NCBI GenBank assembly: GCA_964490075.1 | Contig: CAZBBK010000024.1 | Coordinates: forward strand, 1 to 64,000 | From: an uncultured Gemmatimonadota bacterium | GTDB lineage: Bacteria > GCA-2686955 | Length of the DNA: 64,000 bases | Reading direction: 5' to 3' | Shown here: positions 59,006 to 64,000 of the stretch, piece after piece | Layout: every line of letters begins with the position of its first letter | Numbering within the stretch: position 1 is the first letter of the stretch | Program-made: the position numbers and the translations under genes | Notes under the pieces: model-generated | Database searches by the model: none | What the model was told of the DNA's origin: nothing | What the model saw: only the letters and a program-made list of their open reading frames with translations

Positions 59006-59362
59006 ATGAAGAGATTGCTGATTCTGGTTTGCAGCGCAATGCTGGTCGGCGCGGCCTGTGGCTTCGCGCCCGTGGGCTCCGCCAGAGTGGAGCTGCTGGT
59101 CCGGGATGTCGATCCACCCAGCGCCTGCGCGCAGGTCGAGCTCGAGCTCCACAATCGCTACGATCACGCCGTCGTCGTCTCTCTGGAGGTGATCAGAATC
59201 AGGGACCAGGCGTCGGAAGCGCCACTGCCGGCGGTTGCCGAAGTGTTGCTGGAGGCAGGCGAGCTGCGGCCGGTGGCGCGTAGCTGCTCGCAGATGGAGT
59301 GTGAGCACCGGGGCGACGTCGCCGACCTGCGATTGCTCGGAGTGCGCCCGTACCGGCCATAG
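59006..59362 (+). CDS. Small hypothetical exported protein
   Basis: MKRLLILVCSAMLVGAAC signal/lipobox-like N-terminus; GGGGGA upstream. Confidence 0.5.
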   Translation: MKRLLILVCSAMLVGAACGFAPVGSARVELLVRDVDPPSACAQVELELHNRYDHAVVVSLEVIRIRDQASEAPLPAVAEVLLEAGELRPVARSCSQMECEHRGDVADLRLLGVRPYRP

Positions 59363-59551
59363 TCTGATCTCGGACCAATCTCGCCGAAGATGGCGTGCTC
59401 GCCGATGCTTGCGAGCTGGCCGCAGGTGAAATGGGTGGCACCGCTCGTCTGCCTCCGGTGCCGCCGCCGGGGATCTACCAGGTCGATACGGTCGTCGGGG
59501 TCTACCCCGACGATGTCTGGGACCGAGCCGCTTTCCAGACCACGGTCGTAG

Positions 59552-62107
59552 TCAGCCGATCCGTTCCAGCTCGATGATCGGTCCCTCGGGGGCGTGATCG
59601 TCGGAGAGGTCCACCAGGCCTTCCAGCAGCCACAGATTCTCGTCCCGCGGGTCGACGAGCACCTGCTGCAGACTCCAGCGGTGCTCGCCGGCCTGGCGAA
59701 TCACCGTCTTGTCCGAGAGCCGGGCGTGGTGATCCGCACGCAGCTCCCCGTACTCTTCGAAGAAGGGCGTCATCTCCTCCTCGAGCCGAGCGCCGCTCCA
59801 CGTCTCGCGGTCGGGGTGATGTCGCAGACAGCTCGCGGCCTCTTCGAAGTCCCGTACCGCCAGCGCCCGCACCAGAGCGTGGAGCTCCGCGCGGATGCGC
59901 GCGTGGAAGCTCCGCGTATCGCGCGAAAGATCGGCGGGCTGGGCAGCGCGGCGTTCCTCTCCGGGAGCATCCGGACCGGCGACCATGCGTTCCCACTCCT
60001 TCGAGAGACTGGAATCGGTGCGCTCGAGCGCGGCGCGCAGAAAGGCGCTGACTTCGTCTACGCTCTCGGTTCGGTTCAGATGGGGCACGCTCTGCAGCAG
60101 AGTCTTGTAACACTGGCTGAGGTACCGGAGCAGCGTGCCCTCCATCCGCTCCAGTCGATAGTGGACCACGTAGTCGCGAAACGAGTAGTGCCCTTCGTAC
60201 ATCTCGCGGGCGATCGATTTCGGCTTGATGTTCTCCGCCCCCACCCAGGGGTGGTGCGCGGCGAACGCATTGAAGGTGGTGTAGATCAGCTCCTCGTTCG
60301 GCTTCGGATGGCTGATCTTCTCCAACTCCTCCATGCGCTGTTCGTACTCTACGCCCTGCGCCTTGAGATCCGCGACCCGCTCGCCCTTCAGCTTCGACAC
60401 CTGCTGGCGCAAGATCGCGCCAGGATGCTCGAGCACCGCCTCCACCAAGGTCAAGAGATCGAGCCCGTAGTCGGGATCGTCGCGATCCAGCAGAGCCAGC
60501 GCCTCCAGGAGGTAGAGCGACAGCGTATGGAAGATCGAGAAGTCATCTTGAAGGTCGGGCGCGACCAGTACGTCTCGGCCGCGCCCCTCCTTTCGGGCCG
60601 CGCTTTCTACCAGCTCGGCCTTGCGCAGGGCACGGAAGTGAACCTTGGCCTCACGCCGCAGTTTCGGCTTGAGCGCAGCGCGCTCGTGGCAAAGCTCGAT
60701 CAGTTGGACCAGGGCGCGGTAGCCGCCGCCGTGACCGACAACCTGGGAGTTGCGTTGCAATAGGTTCAGCAGCATCGCATGACCGACCGAGAACTGCGAG
60801 CGCAGAGTCTCCGGTGTGCCGCGCTCCAAGCGCCGAAAAGTGTTCTCATCCCAGCCCACGAAACCGAGCTTCGGAGGTTGTCGCTTCTTGAACTTGCGCT
60901 TGGAGCCACTGGCGCCGGCGGCTTTGGCGGCAGCGGCGCGGTTCTCGACCACGTGCTCCGGAGCCTGGCACACCACCCAACCCTGTTCATCGAAGCCCTT
61001 GCGTCCCGCGCGCCCCGCGATCTGCTGAAAGTCCCGAATGGACAGGATCCGTACCTTGTGACCATCGTACTTGCACAAGCGTGTGAACAACACCGTTCGA
61101 ATCGGAATATTGACACCTACGCCGAGAGTGTCGGTTCCCGAGACGATCTTCAGCAGTCCCTGCTGCGCCAGCTTCTCGATCAACAGGCGATACTTGGGGA
61201 GCAGCCCGGCGTGGTGCAGCCCGACACCGTGGCCGATGAAGCGACGGATCGTCTTGCCGTAGGGGCTGTCGAAAGGGAAGCCCTTGATCGCATCGGCCAG
61301 CGCCCGTTTCTCTTCCTTCGGACACAGGTCGATGCTGGTCAGGCTCTGCGCCTGCTCCGCCGCCTGCTTCTGGCTGAAGTTGACCAGGTAGATCGGGGCC
61401 CTTCGCTGCTCGAGCAGCCCTTTGACCGTGTGGTGGATCGGGATCTCGCTGTAGCTGAAGTCGAGCGGCACCGGACGCTCGGTGGAACGTACCACGGAGA
61501 CCGCGCTCCCGGTTCGCTGTTCGAGGTGGCGAACGATCGCCGCAGTGTCGCCCAGGGTGGCCGACATCAGGAGGAAGGTGGTACTCGGCAGAGTGAGCAG
61601 CGGAATCTGCCAGGCAACGCCCCGGTCGACATCACCATAATAGTGAAACTCGTCCATGACGACATATTCGGCGGGGGCCGCGGCTCCCTGTCGCAAGGCC
61701 ATGTTCGAGAGCACCTCGGCGGTGCAGCAGACGATGGGCGCGGATGGATTGATCGCGGCATCGCCGGTCAACATGCCGACGTTGGCCGCGCCGAAATGTC
61801 TGCAGAGATCGAAGAACTTCTCGCTCACCAGGGCCTTGATCGGGGCGGTGTAGTAGGAAGGGCGGTTGCGCGCGGCACACCAGAAATGAGCGGCGATCGC
61901 GACCAGCGACTTGCCTGATCCGGTGGGCGTGCTCAGCACCACGTGGGAGCCGGTCATCACCTCCAGAATCGCTTCTTCCTGGGCCGGGTAGAGCTCCAGT
62001 CCCAGGTCGGCGGTCCAGCCGAAGAAGAGATCGAGCAACTCGTCGTCTTCGACGGGATGACCGAGGGGGACTCTCTCGAGGAGGTTGGGATGGGGCGTTT
62101 CGGACAT
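59552..62107 (-). CDS. Ski2/HelY-like DExH-box helicase with DUF3516-type C-terminus
   Basis: TPTGSGKS, APIKAL, MDEFH, MSAT, HHAGLLP, QIAGRAGR; GGAG RBS. Confidence 0.93.
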   Translation of the reverse strand: MSETPHPNLLERVPLGHPVEDDELLDLFFGWTADLGLELYPAQEEAILEVMTGSHVVLSTPTGSGKSLVAIAAHFWCAARNRPSYYTAPIKALVSEKFFDLCRHFGAANVGMLTGDAAINPSAPIVCCTAEVLSNMALRQGAAAPAEYVVMDEFHYYGDVDRGVAWQIPLLTLPSTTFLLMSATLGDTAAIVRHLEQRTGSAVSVVRSTERPVPLDFSYSEIPIHHTVKGLLEQRRAPIYLVNFSQKQAAEQAQSLTSIDLCPKEEKRALADAIKGFPFDSPYGKTIRRFIGHGVGLHHAGLLPKYRLLIEKLAQQGLLKIVSGTDTLGVGVNIPIRTVLFTRLCKYDGHKVRILSIRDFQQIAGRAGRKGFDEQGWVVCQAPEHVVENRAAAAKAAGASGSKRKFKKRQPPKLGFVGWDENTFRRLERGTPETLRSQFSVGHAMLLNLLQRNSQVVGHGGGYRALVQLIELCHERAALKPKLRREAKVHFRALRKAELVESAARKEGRGRDVLVAPDLQDDFSIFHTLSLYLLEALALLDRDDPDYGLDLLTLVEAVLEHPGAILRQQVSKLKGERVADLKAQGVEYEQRMEELEKISHPKPNEELIYTTFNAFAAHHPWVGAENIKPKSIAREMYEGHYSFRDYVVHYRLERMEGTLLRYLSQCYKTLLQSVPHLNRTESVDEVSAFLRAALERTDSSLSKEWERMVAGPDAPGEERRAAQPADLSRDTRSFHARIRAELHALVRALAVRDFEEAASCLRHHPDRETWSGARLEEEMTPFFEEYGELRADHHARLSDKTVIRQAGEHRWSLQQVLVDPRDENLWLLEGLVDLSDDHAPEGPIIELERIG

Positions 62108-62328
62108 GAGAAAGCTCCCGGGCGGTTGGCTTGCAGGCCGCGAATGGTAGCCGCGGCGGCTTCATTGCGGGGGCAGTTCCGTTTCGCTGGACCGGTCGAC
62201 TACGATATGAGATACTCGCCCGCGTTGCACAGTCGGGGGACGCGCGGCGCTCAAGGGCCCATGCCGAACACGCGGCATCCAAAAGTCGCCGCGATTTGGG
62301 AGTGGGCCACGCAGACTGGAGTAGACGC

Positions 62329-64000
62329 ATGAAGTTCGTTCGGGAAGCGATGCGGATCGAGCGGGGCAGTGACTGGGAGTCGAAGTACTTCTGGCTCGGT
62401 CTGGCGCTGACGGTGGTCGAGTCTCTCGGCGGGCTATACCTGCTCTGCATCGATGAACTGACCCACCTCGACATGACCCTGCTCCTGTTCCACATCCTGG
62501 CTGGGTTTCCCTTCGTGCTGCCCTGCATCATGTTCTGGCGCCGGCACCGGCGCTACGCGCCGATCGTGGAGCGTCCGGCCTACACCTGGCTCGGCTGGAG
62601 CTGCGTGCTGTCGATGGTGTTCGCCCTGGTGTCGGGCATCTGGCTGACCTTCCGGGGAATCTCCGGTATCTACTGGCTGTGGCTGTCCCACACAGTGATC
62701 TCGCTCTACGGTTTTGCCGCGCTCACCCTCTACATCCTGATAACCGTGCGGCTGTGGATGACCGAGCTGGCCGCGACGCCGAAAGCCAGCGCCTTTCTGG
62801 GGCAGACGCTGTGGAAGATCGGTGCCAAGGTCGCGGTGGGAAGCGTGGTGCTGGTGGCGCTCAACATCGCCTATGCCGCCTACTACGAGGAACCGCCCGT
62901 GGACCGAGTCGTCGAGGACTACAGCTACTCCTTTGGCGACGACCCCTTCTACCCGAGCCGCGTTCAGACGGCATCCGGGGGGTTCTACGCTCCGGAGCAT
63001 TTCCTGCGCTCCAAAACCTGCGGCATCTCCGGTTGCCACACGGAGACGCTGCGCCAGTTCGAGGACTCCGCGCACTATCGCACTCCGACGCCGATTTTTG
63101 GCGCGGTGCAATCACTGTTCATGGAGGAGGCCCGCCAAGGCGAGTTCCTCGGATCCCGCGGCACGTTGCAGATCGACGAAATGCGGGATATCCACGAGGG
63201 GCGCGAGAGCTTCCGCTTCTGCGCCGGATGTCACACTCCGGTGGCGCTGATCGCTGGAGCGGTCGACAAGGGCGCGGGATTGCCGAGCTTCGAGGAGTGG
63301 GAAGGGGACTCTTGCATTCTCTGCCATCGCATCACATCGATGGGGGACGTGGGAGGCGGCGGTGGGGGCGACTACACCGTCGCGCCGCCACCCAACCGCT
63401 ATCTCTTCGCCTTCTCTGATCATCCTCTCGGCGTGTGGATCAACAAGACTCTGATCAACAACAAGCCCGAGCATCACATGGCGATGTACGACACACCGTT
63501 CTACGAGACATCGGAGTATTGCGTCGGATGCCACAAGCGGCTCACTTATTCCTACTGGGAAGCCAGTCCCTACAACCACCCGCCCGCCGGTGAAGAGACC
63601 ACGGAGTGCCAGGACTGCCACATGCCGCAGGTGGCGACCGACGACGACGTGTCGGCCCTCGCGAAAGGTACGATTTCCGACCACCGCACGCTGGCGGCCA
63701 ACCTGGTCACACCGATGCTCTACGGCTTGGAGGACCAGGATCGCCTCACGCGCGAGTTCATGATGGACGAGAAAATGGTGCTCGAAGTGGCGGCGCCAGA
63801 CAACACCTGGCCGCAGAGCAAGCTGGAGTTCATCATTCGCGTGATCAACAAGGGAGTGGGTCATATTTTCCCGGCCGGGCCCGAAGCTGACCTGATCGAA
63901 TCCTGGGCCGAGGTGATCGTGACCGACGGTTCGGGCAAGACACTGCTCGAGTACGGAGTGCTCGACGACAAGGGTCATCTGGATCACGATTCGACCTACG
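62329..64000 (+). CDS. Membrane-anchored multiheme c-type cytochrome (c554/c552-like), truncated at the window end
   Basis: Open frame from ATG 62329 to the edge (absent from the ORF track because it has no stop); ~5 TM helices, then CGISGCH, CAGCH, CILCH, CVGCH, CQDCHMP and GVGHIFPAG. Confidence 0.9.
   Translation, partial: MKFVREAMRIERGSDWESKYFWLGLALTVVESLGGLYLLCIDELTHLDMTLLLFHILAGFPFVLPCIMFWRRHRRYAPIVERPAYTWLGWSCVLSMVFALVSGIWLTFRGISGIYWLWLSHTVISLYGFAALTLYILITVRLWMTELAATPKASAFLGQTLWKIGAKVAVGSVVLVALNIAYAAYYEEPPVDRVVEDYSYSFGDDPFYPSRVQTASGGFYAPEHFLRSKTCGISGCHTETLRQFEDSAHYRTPTPIFGAVQSLFMEEARQGEFLGSRGTLQIDEMRDIHEGRESFRFCAGCHTPVALIAGAVDKGAGLPSFEEWEGDSCILCHRITSMGDVGGGGGGDYTVAPPPNRYLFAFSDHPLGVWINKTLINNKPEHHMAMYDTPFYETSEYCVGCHKRLTYSYWEASPYNHPPAGEETTECQDCHMPQVATDDDVSALAKGTISDHRTLAANLVTPMLYGLEDQDRLTREFMMDEKMVLEVAAPDNTWPQSKLEFIIRVINKGVGHIFPAGPEADLIESWAEVIVTDGSGKTLLEYGVLDDKGHLDHDSTY

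Noticed and set aside
59340-59577. Second Sec read-through (TGA at 59365) or small ORF 59395-59577
   Set aside because: No domain continuity or convincing hairpin; may be a gene remnant but cannot be supported

Overview
High-GC (about 70% by eye) chromosomal segment of a diderm bacterium. Gene style resembles Myxococcota, Acidobacteriota or a candidate phylum, but taxonomy cannot be determined from this window. It holds about 55 genes. Housekeeping genes include thiD, hemH, gmhA, mrp/apbC, ftsY, metG, hldA/hldC, pstSCAB1B2-phoU, 2-oxoacid dehydrogenase E1 alpha/beta and a Ski2-like helicase. There is also an envelope-glycan modification region, a sigma-54 two-component system, an FpvKCDE-like metal ABC module and a membrane multiheme cytochrome that runs off the right edge. 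No rRNA, tRNA, CRISPR array or transposase was recognised. The strongest signal is a probable unannotated selenoprotein: one FG-GAP/ASPIC-UnbV/thioredoxin reading frame (45566-48307, minus strand) is split by a single in-frame TGA followed by a SECIS-like hairpin, and it is transcribed divergently from the metal-uptake operon. Other notable structures are a 168-bp palindromic MITE-like element inserted in frame into a gene end, a 51-bp-period palindrome array, a dispersed repeat family, a PstB pair with complementary degenerate motifs, and a tandem-HTH putative nucleoid protein. All family assignments come from motif recognition by eye, not from database searches.
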